Assembly: GCA_000002435.2 (NCBI GenBank)
Contig: CM018793.1
DNA length: 64,000 nucleotides
Direction: 5' to 3' (one strand)
Origin: Giardia intestinalis
Lineage: Eukaryota
This document shows positions 28,160 through 39,700 of the stretch, in pieces (the first letter of the stretch is position 1; the number at the start of each line of letters is the position of its first letter). Position numbers and translations under genes: made by a program. The notes under the pieces were generated by a model that did no database searches, was not told where the DNA came from, and saw nothing but the letters and a program-made list of their open reading frames with translations.

Positions 28160-31100
28160 ATGCTGATTCTCCTGTGTGCCGCTGCATGTCTCGCCGAGGC
28201 GTGCGGGACAGGACCTGCATGTGTTAACGGAGACTGCGCCTACGGGGACGGAGCACACTTCTGCCAGTGCAGGCGGGGCTGGGTGGGGGCTGCGTGTGAC
28301 GCCCCCCGCGCGGGGTTCCGCAAGATAACTACCAGTGGGCAGACACCCGCGGACAGGGCCGTCAACTACGCCTGCCTCGTGAACGGGACGGAGTGCACAG
28401 GGTCGAGCAAGTGCACCTACTACGCAGGGGCGTACTCGTGCGACCCCTGTCCTGCTGGCTTCGTGTCCTACGAGGGCGAGTGCCTGCCGAGGGGCTGCTT
28501 CAACACCGGCGATTACTCAGACCAGGAGGCAACGAAGGCCCCTTGCAACGGCCGCGGCCGCTGCCTCCTGAAGGACCCCGGGCTAGCAGGGATGGATGCT
28601 GACGACTACGCGTGCGACTGCTACCCGATCTACCGCGGGGGCCTCTGCCAGTCGTGCGACGACGCCAACGCGATCGCTGCGGGAAGCTCTTCGTCTGATG
28701 CCCTCCCTACGTGCAATGCGCGGGCCTGCCAGGACTCGGATGGCGTCGTGTGCTCAGGCCAGGGAACGTGCACCCTCGACGTGGGCCTCGATCGCGAATC
28801 ATATCACTATCGCTGCAAGTGCAATGATGGCTACACACGCGTTGGGCACAAGTGCGTCAGGACGGAGTGCGTGGCCACGATCGACGGGTCCCCGGTCGTC
28901 TGCGGGGGCTTTGGAGAGTGCACGGATAAAGATAGCCCCGGTACCTTCAAGTGCGTTTGCGATTCTAATGCAGTCCCGGTCGGTCAGTTTTGCACATATC
29001 CCGCGTGCACAGACAGCGCTGCTACTGAGATCTGTGGCGGAGTGGGCGCCTGTGTGCGTGACGGCGCTGGCTATAAGTGCGACTGCCGAGGGCTTGCCAC
29101 GGGCGACCTCTGTGATACTTGCACTCCTGGGAAATCCGCTCAGGTAGGCGACAAGTGCGTTCCAGTGGGGTGCCTCACCTCAAACAACCAGGAATCATGC
29201 AAGAACGGAGGAACATGCGTCAAGTCCGACGGCGAGTACCATTGCCGCTGCCCGGACATGCTCATTGCCGTCAGCGGAGAGTGCACGTCCCCCGCGTGCA
29301 TGGACGAGGAGCTGGGGAAAGTCTGCTCGGGACACGGCACGTGCAAAACGGACGACCCACAAGACATAAAGTGCACCTGTAGTTCTGAATACACGTACGT
29401 CGCCCCGGGGCGCTGCATCCTAACAGCCTTGATGGACGGCGACCGAATCTGCAGCGGCCACGGCCACGTTAGCATCGACACCTCGGATCCTCCCACGATG
29501 ACCTGCAGGTGCTCGTCGATCTACGAGGGGTCCAAGTGCGAGACCTGCAAGGCCTCTGTCGCCCAGGAGATCGAGGGCGAGTGCGTCCCAACCAAGTGCA
29601 TTGTGGCACCCCAGCCCGGATCGCGAGCCACCACTCCCAGGGTCTGCGACGACCACGGCCAATACACGAAGTTCGGCGACCCGAGCGACCCGTTTGCCAC
29701 GTGCACCCCCAAGGACCCCGACTCCGGGACCGTCTCCGCCTACAATGGCACCTTCCTTGCGAGGCCCGGGTGCGTGCATGTCAGCAAGGTAGACAGGACC
29801 AGGAGGTTTTACTGCGGATTCCTGCAGGGACTGACAGACAACTTGCAGGAAGGCGTGGTAACGTGCAATACACAGAACGAGGGATCTGTGTCTGTTGAGA
29901 CGTGCAATGGTTGCCCAGAGGGCTTTAAGCTTGTCCACTTCGGGGCAGAAGAGGGCTATAGAAAGACATGTATGCACGACAACTGCTACCACGGAACTGG
30001 CGCCAGCAGGATGTGGTACGACTACTGCGGCGGGACCGGCGACTGCATCAAAGAGGGTGACACGTACAGGTGCGACTGCGGCCCCAGTGCCACTTGGAAC
30101 GAGGGCCTGAAGGCGTGCGTCACCGAGGCGTGCAAGCTCAACAAAACGCTGGCCGGCCCAGAGGCGCCCGAGTACTGCGCAGCGCCATCTAGCCTTGCGC
30201 TCCACTGCACCGTCGGCCGGGACGCGGCCTGGCAGTGCGATTGCCCCCAGGGCGACTACCTCACGTACAACAGGACGTGCATCCTGAGGAGCAAGAGCGC
30301 CAGCCCCACGACCCACCGAGCAAGGGGGCTTTGCGGCGGCCCCGGGGCGGGCTTCCTGAGCGGCAGCGGGTCCTGCGTCTGCAACCCGGGCTTCCTCAAG
30401 ATCGACGACATGTGCTACAGCTATGACTGCCTGCCCGTGGGTGTGACGGCCGACACAAAGAGGTTGGACCTCAGCCCCCACGTCTGCTCCGGGAAGGGGG
30501 TCTGCGCGTACAACCAGCTGACCGGCCGATATGGCTGCGAGTGCGAAGCTGGTCTGGAGGCCTTCGGGGGCTACTGCACTCATCCCGGGTGCGCCGGGAA
30601 GGTGATCCACAACGGAGAGCTTAAATACGTTGAGTGCAAGGTCTACGACGGGTCCGTGGGCAGCTGCGTTCAGAGCGCAGACGGGGCCGCGTACTTCTGC
30701 GCCTGCAGCTTCCCGTACACATCTGTCGGCGGGCTCTGCGTCCATCAGCGCTGCGTGGTGAATGGCGAGTACTGCGGCGGCGACGCCCTGGCCTCGTGCG
30801 TGAGGGGCAGCGATAGCCTGTACGGCTGCGTCTGCTCCGAGGGCTACGAGCTGAGCGAGGAGCGGAGCGAGCACGGGAACAAGGCCAAGTGCGTCCCGAG
30901 CAGGTGCATGTACAGGCCGTCGGCAGGCGACCCCGCCATCGAGTGCAACGGGCTGGGCACGTGCGGCAATGGTGGCGGTGGGTCTCTGCTGAAGGACAAG
31001 AGGTGCGAGTGCAGCGGTGGAGCTCAGCTGCACACTCTTAGAGACGCAAGCGGGGAGCTGAGGGAGACGTGCATTCTGGACGCGTGCATCTCTAGCAAGG

Positions 31101-33235
31101 ACCAGGAGGTACCGGTGATCTGCGGGGGCTCCGGCAGGTGCGGGCCGAGCGGCTGCATCTGCAACCTGGGAACGAAGCTGTTTGGCAACGCCTGCGTCGG
31201 GATCAACTGCTTCATCAACGCCACGAATGACAGTGGAGGGGTTGCCGAGTCGGTGTGCGGGAGCGAGGCCGTCGGGGTGTGCACGAAGATAGCGTCCCAC
31301 GGCGACCGTCGAGATTACGCCTGCAAATGCGTGACGTCTCCCCCCGAGGGATACGAGGAGGTCGACGGGTTCTGCCTGCCAAAGTCCTGCGTATTCGCGG
31401 TTGGGACCCTCGACGGTCAGGACGCGAAGACGATGTGCGGCGGAAGCCACTTCGGGACCTGCGTGATCAGCACCAACCAGCAGACGAGCTCCTACTGCAG
31501 CTGCAAGAGCAGGCCCGACGTCGTTCAGCTCACGTCGGGGCAGTGCATGAAGCGGGACTGCGTCAGCGACGCCCTGCCCGGGAGCGCGTACCAGAGCATC
31601 GAGTGCTACGGCCACGGAAAGTGCAGGACGGGCGACGGCGTCACCTACGCGTGCAAGTGCGAGGAGGGATACAAGACGGTCAGGGGCGTGATCGGGACCT
31701 ACCTCTGCATCCCGCAGGCATGCGTCGTCTCGGAGACAGACACGGCCGCGGTCTGCAGCGGGCGGGGGACCTGCTCGGTGGACGAGAAGACATGCAAGTG
31801 CGGCACGGAGTATGCTGGCGAGAGGTGCGAGACCTGCGCGGCCGGCTACAAGGAGCACACGAACAGGCGGTGCTACCGCAGCAGCTGCCCGGAGGACGGG
31901 AATTGCGGCGTAGAGGACGGCGCCAGCCTGGGCAGCTGCCAGTTCGGCGGCAGTAGCTTCAGCTGCATCTGCGTCAACTCGAGCTTCGTCACCGACAGCG
32001 CCACCGGGACGTGCAGAAGGTCCAGGTGCGTCTGGGTGGACCCGTACGACCACGCGGAGAAGACGTGCTACGGCATGGGCTGGTGCAGCTACAGCGGGGC
32101 CACCGAGCAGTGCAGCTGCAACCCCAACACGGTCCCCGTCGGAGCGAGCGTATGTGTCTACGCGGCGTGCATGCCGAGTGGTAGCACCGATGACCCCAGT
32201 ATGATATGCAGGGGGCGCGGGACATGCGTAGAGGGCCCTGTCGCCGGCACGGGACTGTGCAGGTGCGACAGCAGCAGATACCGCACAGACAAGAAGACCG
32301 GCCAGTGCTTTGTCAAAGAATGCTTCGGGGCGCACGAGAGCATCCTGGCCGAGGTCTGCGATGGCGGTGGAACATGCAGTGAAGACACTAAAAAGTGCAA
32401 CTGCAACTCCTCCGGCTTCCAGAGCCTCGACGGCCAGAACGGCTGCGTGCACAGCAGCTGCGTCTCGTCGGACAACAAGCTCTGCAGCGGCTTCGGCGCC
32501 TGCGAGAAGACCGGCGACACCTACGGCTGCCTGTGTGCAAGTTACTATACTCTGGTCGACAAAGACTGCATCCCCACAAGGTGTCTCAAGGACGGGAAGG
32601 TCTGCAACGGCGGTGGCACATGCTCCGGCGAGGGATCCTCTGCTACCTGCAGCTGCAGCCAGGGCTGGACCCCCCACGGGACCCTCTGCTACCCATCGGC
32701 CTGCGTCTCCGGTGGGGCGCTCTGCGGGGGGAATGGCGACTGCCAGCTCTCCGACGGAGGCTCGTGCAGCTGCAGAAGCGGCTACGAGACCGTCTCCGGG
32801 GGGCTCTGCGTCAGCAGCCAGTGCGTCCAGCGCGGCACCGACGGCACCGTGACGATCTGCGGGGGCAACGGCAGGTGCGTGTCTGAGAACGGCGTGACTC
32901 CCAGCTGCGTGTGCAACGAGGGCTTCTCTCTCACAAGCGACTTCGTCTGCGGAGTCCCTGCTCCATCTAAAAAATCGTCTGCCGGCACGACGGCTGCGAT
33001 CGTGGTCGTCGTCCTCCTCGTCCTCGTTGCGGTGGCCGGCTTCCTTGTCTGGTGGTTCGTGATACGGCCCAGGAGAGGCGGCCCACTGAGGGAGCGCGTC
33101 CCGCAGAAAGGCTCCAAGTCTTCCAGCTCTTCTAGGTCCAAGCTCAGGCGGCAGGCGGACTCCAGCGTCTCGCTCCACGCCGACGTGCCCCTGCTGAGCC
33201 AGGCGTCCAACGTCAACTCCAGCATCCAGCTCTAG
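28160..33235 (+). CDS. High-cysteine membrane protein (HCMP), 1691 aa, EGF-like repeats, type-I TM with cytoplasmic tail (not a VSP)
   Basis: Signal peptide MLILLCAAACLAEACG. Dozens of CxC/GxC EGF-like units. TM AAIVVVVLLVLVAVAGFLVWWFVI followed by a ~70-aa basic/Ser-rich tail and no CRGKA. The 1293-aa minus-strand ORF 29420..33301 is its GC-driven antisense shadow. Confidence 0.85.
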   Translation: MLILLCAAACLAEACGTGPACVNGDCAYGDGAHFCQCRRGWVGAACDAPRAGFRKITTSGQTPADRAVNYACLVNGTECTGSSKCTYYAGAYSCDPCPAGFVSYEGECLPRGCFNTGDYSDQEATKAPCNGRGRCLLKDPGLAGMDADDYACDCYPIYRGGLCQSCDDANAIAAGSSSSDALPTCNARACQDSDGVVCSGQGTCTLDVGLDRESYHYRCKCNDGYTRVGHKCVRTECVATIDGSPVVCGGFGECTDKDSPGTFKCVCDSNAVPVGQFCTYPACTDSAATEICGGVGACVRDGAGYKCDCRGLATGDLCDTCTPGKSAQVGDKCVPVGCLTSNNQESCKNGGTCVKSDGEYHCRCPDMLIAVSGECTSPACMDEELGKVCSGHGTCKTDDPQDIKCTCSSEYTYVAPGRCILTALMDGDRICSGHGHVSIDTSDPPTMTCRCSSIYEGSKCETCKASVAQEIEGECVPTKCIVAPQPGSRATTPRVCDDHGQYTKFGDPSDPFATCTPKDPDSGTVSAYNGTFLARPGCVHVSKVDRTRRFYCGFLQGLTDNLQEGVVTCNTQNEGSVSVETCNGCPEGFKLVHFGAEEGYRKTCMHDNCYHGTGASRMWYDYCGGTGDCIKEGDTYRCDCGPSATWNEGLKACVTEACKLNKTLAGPEAPEYCAAPSSLALHCTVGRDAAWQCDCPQGDYLTYNRTCILRSKSASPTTHRARGLCGGPGAGFLSGSGSCVCNPGFLKIDDMCYSYDCLPVGVTADTKRLDLSPHVCSGKGVCAYNQLTGRYGCECEAGLEAFGGYCTHPGCAGKVIHNGELKYVECKVYDGSVGSCVQSADGAAYFCACSFPYTSVGGLCVHQRCVVNGEYCGGDALASCVRGSDSLYGCVCSEGYELSEERSEHGNKAKCVPSRCMYRPSAGDPAIECNGLGTCGNGGGGSLLKDKRCECSGGAQLHTLRDASGELRETCILDACISSKDQEVPVICGGSGRCGPSGCICNLGTKLFGNACVGINCFINATNDSGGVAESVCGSEAVGVCTKIASHGDRRDYACKCVTSPPEGYEEVDGFCLPKSCVFAVGTLDGQDAKTMCGGSHFGTCVISTNQQTSSYCSCKSRPDVVQLTSGQCMKRDCVSDALPGSAYQSIECYGHGKCRTGDGVTYACKCEEGYKTVRGVIGTYLCIPQACVVSETDTAAVCSGRGTCSVDEKTCKCGTEYAGERCETCAAGYKEHTNRRCYRSSCPEDGNCGVEDGASLGSCQFGGSSFSCICVNSSFVTDSATGTCRRSRCVWVDPYDHAEKTCYGMGWCSYSGATEQCSCNPNTVPVGASVCVYAACMPSGSTDDPSMICRGRGTCVEGPVAGTGLCRCDSSRYRTDKKTGQCFVKECFGAHESILAEVCDGGGTCSEDTKKCNCNSSGFQSLDGQNGCVHSSCVSSDNKLCSGFGACEKTGDTYGCLCASYYTLVDKDCIPTRCLKDGKVCNGGGTCSGEGSSATCSCSQGWTPHGTLCYPSACVSGGALCGGNGDCQLSDGGSCSCRSGYETVSGGLCVSSQCVQRGTDGTVTICGGNGRCVSENGVTPSCVCNEGFSLTSDFVCGVPAPSKKSSAGTTAAIVVVVLLVLVAVAGFLVWWFVIRPRRGGPLRERVPQKGSKSSSSSRSKLRRQADSSVSLHADVPLLSQASNVNSSIQL

Positions 33236-33449
33236 CCCGCTGCCCGCAAGGTGTCGGTATTGGTAAGTCGACGGCGCGGATCTGCATACGAATGTAAACA
33301 TGATTTACTTCGAGGTTAGTTTGTCAACTGCTGTCCGAACAGGTTTTCCATGTGAGCCATCGCTCTGGGCAGACCTCCCGCTCACCTTCCGAGACCCGAG
33401 AGCCGGATGTCCTAGATCCCCGTGGGAGAAGAAGAAGGTTTGCCTATCC

Positions 33450-33790
33450 TCTTGGAAGCTGCTGTGCTTCTCGCAGCGCCTTCTAGGACCTCCCCTTCCT
33501 CTGGCTGGTTGTGGGCAGCCAGGACTCGTTCGCTTCTGTCAGCCAGACACCCCAAGGATCCCATCTCTTGTCGAGGGATTCACATAGGTCACATGGTGAG
33601 TCCATCCCGATGAGCGTGGCAAGTGATCGGCGCCATTGCCAGCTGCAGGCTTTCAGTCGCCTTCTCTATCGCCTTGGAGGAGGAAGCATGAGGTTCTTCT
33701 TTTGTCATCAGAATGGTATGACGTCCGAACCTCGATTCCCTGACTTCAGATGATGAACAAGCAGGGAAGTTCTTTGCATGGCACTTGCAT
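33450..33790 (+). repeat. Direct repeat copy A (~330 bp, ~75% identical to 50825..51190) with a near-identical 36-nt core
   Basis: Core cccatctcttgtcgagggattcacataggtcacatg differs at 2 positions from copy B. Short ORFs in both copies end in ...PSLVEGFT / ...PSLAEGFT and share QGSHLLSRDSHRS / QGSHLLPRDSHRS. Confidence 0.7.
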
Positions 33791-33799
33791 GAGGGATTT

Positions 33800-36700
33800 G
33801 CTCAGACAGCAGCTACGGCGTCTGGCTACATGTTTCTCTTACGAGCCTGGTAATTGACCAGAGTTGCTTTACAGTCGCGGAGACACTGCTGCGTCTCTCT
33901 GAGTCTTTTAGAGAGACGATCCAGTTTAGTGTAGAAGAGTGAGGGCGATCCAGCCCCGTGCCTACGTGCTGCTCTGCAGTCTGCTGCTCCTGCTTTCTGT
34001 CTTCGTTTCCCTGAAAGCAGTCACGATGGCTCTCTGGAGCAATCGCTTGCATCCATCCGCAACCCTAGGCGTTACGGCTTGGAAGTCCATGTCACCGCAT
34101 AAGCTCTATGGAAGGCATTTACTAGCCATGGCAGATGGAGGTCGCCGCTTCTGGAGGCCCTGGTGCATGCCAGGCCTAGAAGACGCTGACTCCACTGGCT
34201 GCAGGAGCCCCCACCTACATGTGACAGCTTGAAGTAGCACCACTTCGAGGACAGAGGATATCCACAGCTCGAGAGGACGCGGCGGCAGAGAACAGACTCA
34301 GGCATAGCCACAAACAGACCCATCGATCCGGATGGATGAGGGCGGACACCTAATTGGCAAGCCGTTGGCTAGTCTATGTAGAATCGCACCCTCCAACGCA
34401 GGCTCTGACACACAAAGTTTAATGCAGACTATATGTACACAGCAGACGGGCAGAAGCCTGCTTCGTAGTGTGTGGAGGCTTTGATGAGGCAATCGCGGGC
34501 TTAATGAAGGCCGGGACCGGTAGCTCTAACAGAGGGCTTCCCAGCTTTGGAATACTTGCGATCACCATAGAGTCAATACAGTGAGTTATCTGCAGTAACA
34601 AACTTGTGGAGATAAGGGCAGAGTCCTATCAAACTAACTAGATACTAATGGATCCTAGCGTGAACTCGCAGTATAAGAACTTGCAGAAGGCACCGCATTC
34701 TACTCATCTGAGTAAGACGGCCAACTAAGTGGACCCATAGTGCAAAGACCACGAGGCCAAGGGCTCCTCCATAGCTTCAGAAGCCAACATCACAAGAGTC
34801 ACACTGGCTGCGGAGTGCTTTCTGATCCACTGAGGCTTAGCGGCATGGCTTCGTTTCCTAGTACGGCCAGACAGGCTTGAGACACGAGATACTCTGTCTG
34901 CTACAAAGCACACCTTCTGGCAGCGACTCTTGTCTATCGGGTAACTCTCGCATAGAGGAGGCAGATGGCTCTGAAGCGTCACTGCTCGCCTGATAGCTCT
35001 GGATCATAGCAGAGGAAGTTGTTTATGAGAATGCACCCCTAGTGTGTAGATCCACATTTTCGTGCGACGTGAGAAGACGTTTCTGGGTTGATCTGTCATG
35101 CCTCCATCTGCTCTAGCAAAATGTAACGCAACGCATGCACTATTGATCTATGTCGCCATGGCAGCCATAGTTAACTAGCCAACGAGACAATCGCTAGAGG
35201 AACCCTCGCACACTTATGAGCAGAGGCGCAGCCTGAGAGCAGTCCTCTGGCCGCTAAGTGATGGAGGAGCAGACATAGCGCTGCTCCGTGCAATCACACT
35301 CTCTTACCTTAGTAGCTATATGGGCAGCCCCGGTCTTGTGAGGTCTGTGGATAAGCTGCTTCACCCCATAAAACACTCAGAATTACTACAGGTGACACCT
35401 GCAAAATCTTACTGTTGGAGGCCATGCTCCACTAGAGACATGGCTCTGGAAACACATTGACTGATGGGAGCTCCCCTCTAGCGTTCTTAGGGGCGATGTC
35501 TGTCCACAATAGCTCTACACCCACTGCCTGTCTATGACCCAACTGTATCTTATTAGACCCCTATCTCCACTGAGTGGCTGATTCGAGGGTGATTGCCGTT
35601 ACCAGAATGATATCTTATATTGACTGCTAAGAGCTGTCTTTGCATATATTACGCTGCTTAGTACTGCACTCAAACGAAGTTTGCCATCGTTTCGCAGCTA
35701 TTGTGGATTGGAAGAACAGTTAGCACTCTCAGTAGTTCATGTGGTAATCGGAAGTCAGGGAAGTCTAAGTTGAGTGGGAAAGCTTGAAGAGGAAGTAGCA
35801 GCTCTTGTACTCCTCTGCTGGGTGATGCAGAGAACTGGCTCGTTTCTTAGCGTCGATAAGTTCTTCAGAATGCACGTTTCTTTGTATAAGGCCTGCATGC
35901 TTCGGATTGCCCTCTGTTGCCAGCAGAGCAGCCACCGCCCTGTGTGTCTCCTTCAGGCATATACCCATCTACGACGACGCCTCATGTATCCTCTCTGGAG
36001 AGGTATAACCGTCCCAATCCAGACACCTTGCTCTCAGCGCACACCTCGTATCTATCAAAGGCCAGGTGTTCGTCAACCATATCCCGTGAGCATCAGCGCT
36101 GTGCCACTATGTTACTTCCTGTCCTTCTTGAGGGGCGTGCTCTGACCATCTCAGTGTCTCTATGATAGGAGAGCTGTGGATCCGGAGGCTGCTGTGGCTT
36201 TCTGGCCCTCTCTGCTGTCCAGTAGACTGCAAGAGCGCCCTTCGGGAGTCGGTCCCCCAACCCTCTGTTCTCTCGGGGAAGTGGTCCTTGGATAGTGCTA
36301 CTTGGATGGTTCCCGAAGCCTCACTGCACGGGTGCTGCTTCTAAGAACTCCTGGAGCCTCCCTACAGAGTCGCCCAATGGCGCAAGTCTTACCCATTGTC
36401 AGCGGGGGTCTTGGCTCTCAAGGACATCTCAGGGACAGTACGTTTGACCCACGCCAGTGCCACTTCCTGGCAGAGGCATGCGGAAGATCTACTCCCTCTT
36501 GTGGATCCATCATTGGTATCGAAAGCACTGCGTCTGTTACCTTCGTTGGAGGTGTCGACAGATGGTACCCCGTATCTGCCCCATTGAAGAGTTGGAGGTC
36601 TGCTAAGGACAGCGAAGAGGATCCCATCAGGGCTGTGATCATATACCCGTCATTATGGCAACCATAGTGTAGATAAGACAACTGTCTGAGTCCTGTGACT

Positions 36701-39700
36701 CCCGGGGTGAGACGCCAGGGGCGTAGCTAATTCAAGCTGATGAAGGCTACCCTTGTCATAGCAGGCTTAGAAAATAGGGAGCGAGTGACGTACCTGGTGT
36801 CCATCAACGCACACATGCAGCCTGGAAGCCGTGTTCAAAGCACCAAGGCCTGCAGGGGAATGGCATCCGAACAGGCCCAACAGTTATGACTGTTTCTGAG
36901 GACAAGTCAGCGTGACTAAACGAGAACATGAGAACTCACAGAGACCCTCACAGTTTTGATGTCTGGGAGAACGTGGGGGCTGACCACTCCAAGGTTGTCC
37001 ATCTCATGAGCTGGCTTTCGATAGCAAACATAACAAGGAAGTGACCCCTAATTATACACAATCTCATGCCAGCCCATCGCAGGATAGACCATCATTGCCT
37101 GACCTACCAATCCGTCCATTGCTGTGATAGATGTAACAGTACTTCATCATCGGCCACCTTGCGGCTACACAGTCAGGGTATTATCCGTGACATTGCTTGC
37201 TGATGCTCTGCATAGGGCCCTGTCCTCGTAGAGTGACAGATGAGCCTCTCTGTATATGTGGATCTAATGATATGGCTCCTCTGGGACTTTCCACCTCTGC
37301 TTCTGTCTAGTATCTCACATCAATATGAAGTGGCCAGTGGCTGTTATTGGATCTTGCAGCATAACTATTACACATGTATGTGCCCATCAAGACTACCATA
37401 TAGGGTCACACAAGCCGGGAGCTCTGTCAGGCAATTATCGGACTCGATATCAAGATGGCACGGGGACAACACTCCCAGTGGTCGCTGAAGCATGAAGCAT
37501 TATATAGATCGTATAGCATACCAGCGGCAGCACAACGGCAGAGGACATACTTAGATGTAGATAGCGCCTACAGCAAGCGGCATGCTGTCGTTGTCGGTAC
37601 AACGGGCATAGTGGCTACTGGATCCACGCTTTGGTAGCCTCGATTGGAGCAATTGCACAGCGAAGGAGCAGAGCGAGGGGGCATGGAAACCAACCGGTCG
37701 AGCAACGTGTACATGTACGAGCACAGTTATAAGTCTCGCCCACACTAGTGGGTGGTGCTCTGCCTCAATGTGGACTCAGCGGGTTAGCTCTTATATCTAT
37801 GGTAGGGAGCAGAACACCACGCTGGTCATGTGATGAGAGGTCTTCATGCGGTCTTCCAACTAGCCTAGGCAGCACTTGGAAGCGACCAACCCTCTCGTAC
37901 CACGTCTCCTCTCCAAATAGGACTGAAGGCGCCCAGGGCGCTCTTCTAGGGCCTTAGTATCATGGAGCCCGTGCCAGGCAGGAAGGTTCTATATTACATA
38001 GCATGAGAGCCTCTATGACGTGTAAATACTTGCGTGGTTGTAGTGACGCGTCCTCATCAGCAAGTGTCAGGGCACATCAGTGGACAACTGTATAATAAGT
38101 CAGGCACTCTGTGTGCGATCATGCATCACAGCTCTCGTAACGGGCTACGGGCGACCTGAGGACTAGTACTCTATGGCAGCGCAATGTGAGGCGGTGAGCC
38201 TAAGGCAATCGCCGGATCGATGGCTTCAACGCGGCATCCAACAAGGTGCAGCAGGGCATCGAGCCAGCTGAGCATTGAACCAGGCCCTGGATAGGAGCTA
38301 AGAGCTCCTGTGCATGGCTGGGCTGCTCTCTAGATGGGAAAGGATGCACGTCGAGCTGGTCAGGTGCGATGCTGTAAGGTATCCACAGCTGTATCGATGC
38401 ATCTGGTAAGTCCACACTGGACTCCGGGAAGCACGCTGCCGGACAAGCCGAGGAGGCTCGAGGGATGATGGCGCCGTCTTGTTATCGCTATGCAGTGCTC
38501 CGTGGACATGTATACAAACCAGCATCTCCTGGTAGCCGAGGAGGGGGCAGAGCTAGGAGACGGCGAGTGTCCCATTATGAACGACTCCAGGCGCTACCCG
38601 ATCACTCCTTGGAAGGGCATATGCCTCGGCTAGGTTGCATCACATCCAGAGTAGAAGAGGAAGCTGTACTGTCCTATTTGTTTCTCAGGACAATGTGCGA
38701 ATAGAAAGCGGCCCAGCGACTGACACTCTGCACCGTCCTCCTCATCCGCGGCCTGAGCAGCCAGATGCCAGGCTCGATATGTAGGACGGAAGCTGCGAAG
38801 AATAAACTCACCACGGGGCCGATTGTCTGACACCAAAAAATCCAAAGGGACGATAGCGCCCACTGCCTCTTAGGAGAGCGCATCATGCACGATACCAGCC
38901 GTGCCAGCCTTGGCTTCTTAGGGGAGTAACCTGGGGACGTCCTGTACTAGCTTCGGCTTGTGAGGCGTTAAGACCTGTGAATAGCACAAAAGGAGGCAAC
39001 TGGGTGTACAGGCAGTGCATTGTGTTCGTGGAAGTGTACCGCAACTTCTAGGTGTATACAGCGGCACTAAGCCGGGCATCTCAACTGGCCTGCATTGGCG
39101 ACCCGCTTGCCACCGTGTTTGCTGTGATGAGAGGCTGTGTCTGTCCAACAGATTGAACAGGTATTGCACTTGCTTCTCTGGTGATGCATGCATGGTCATA
39201 TGTAGCTCTGGTAGGTAGCGTGGATACTATGATAGCTAAGCTGTCTGCCATCAGTAGAGAGTAGCAGTTAATCGCGCCAGAGACTCTTCCAGGTAAGCCT
39301 TCGGTCTTCGTGCCTGCTTCTCCACCAACTATAGTAATAACTGTATATCCAGAACAATGCCATGAAACGCTCCACTGCCTTTCAGAGTGAGACATGGACC
39401 TGCGTATAGGGCTAGAAATAGAACCCTGTACATCAACTGTTGTGCGCCTGGCGTGATGTCAGGTCTAGACCGCGGCACGATCTCTGCGTGCTTATGTGCT
39501 TGCGTGCATGCTCACTGCTATGTTGGAAATTGCAGCAAGGAGGTTGGCCTCTGAGTGCACCCACTCTACAGTGACTAGTCCTTAGCTGCACGTCTCAACG
39601 GAGGAGGGTGCTACTTGGGTGTGCAAAAGACTATCTGTGCACGGCGGCTCCTGGAGAGATGGTTCGCACAGAAAAGGTAGAGGCGACCAACAGACCAGGG

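Noticed and set aside
27616-28220. Six overlapping 70-160-aa ORFs on both strands
   Set aside because: Mutually exclusive, all inside one ~70% GC block, no protein features. Treated as a non-coding GC island (see findings), not as CDSs.
29420-33301. 1293-aa ORF on the minus strand
   Set aside because: It lies entirely antisense to the 1691-aa HCMP. The HCMP's GGC/TGC/GAC-rich codon usage removes stops from the opposite strand. Its translation is Ala/Arg/Gly/Pro low-complexity with no motifs.
36420-36480. Possible third, degraded copy of the direct-repeat core
   Set aside because: Similarity is short and gappy (about 20 of 30 nt). It is within chance for a 9-kb search space without computational support. 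Mentioned only as a lead.
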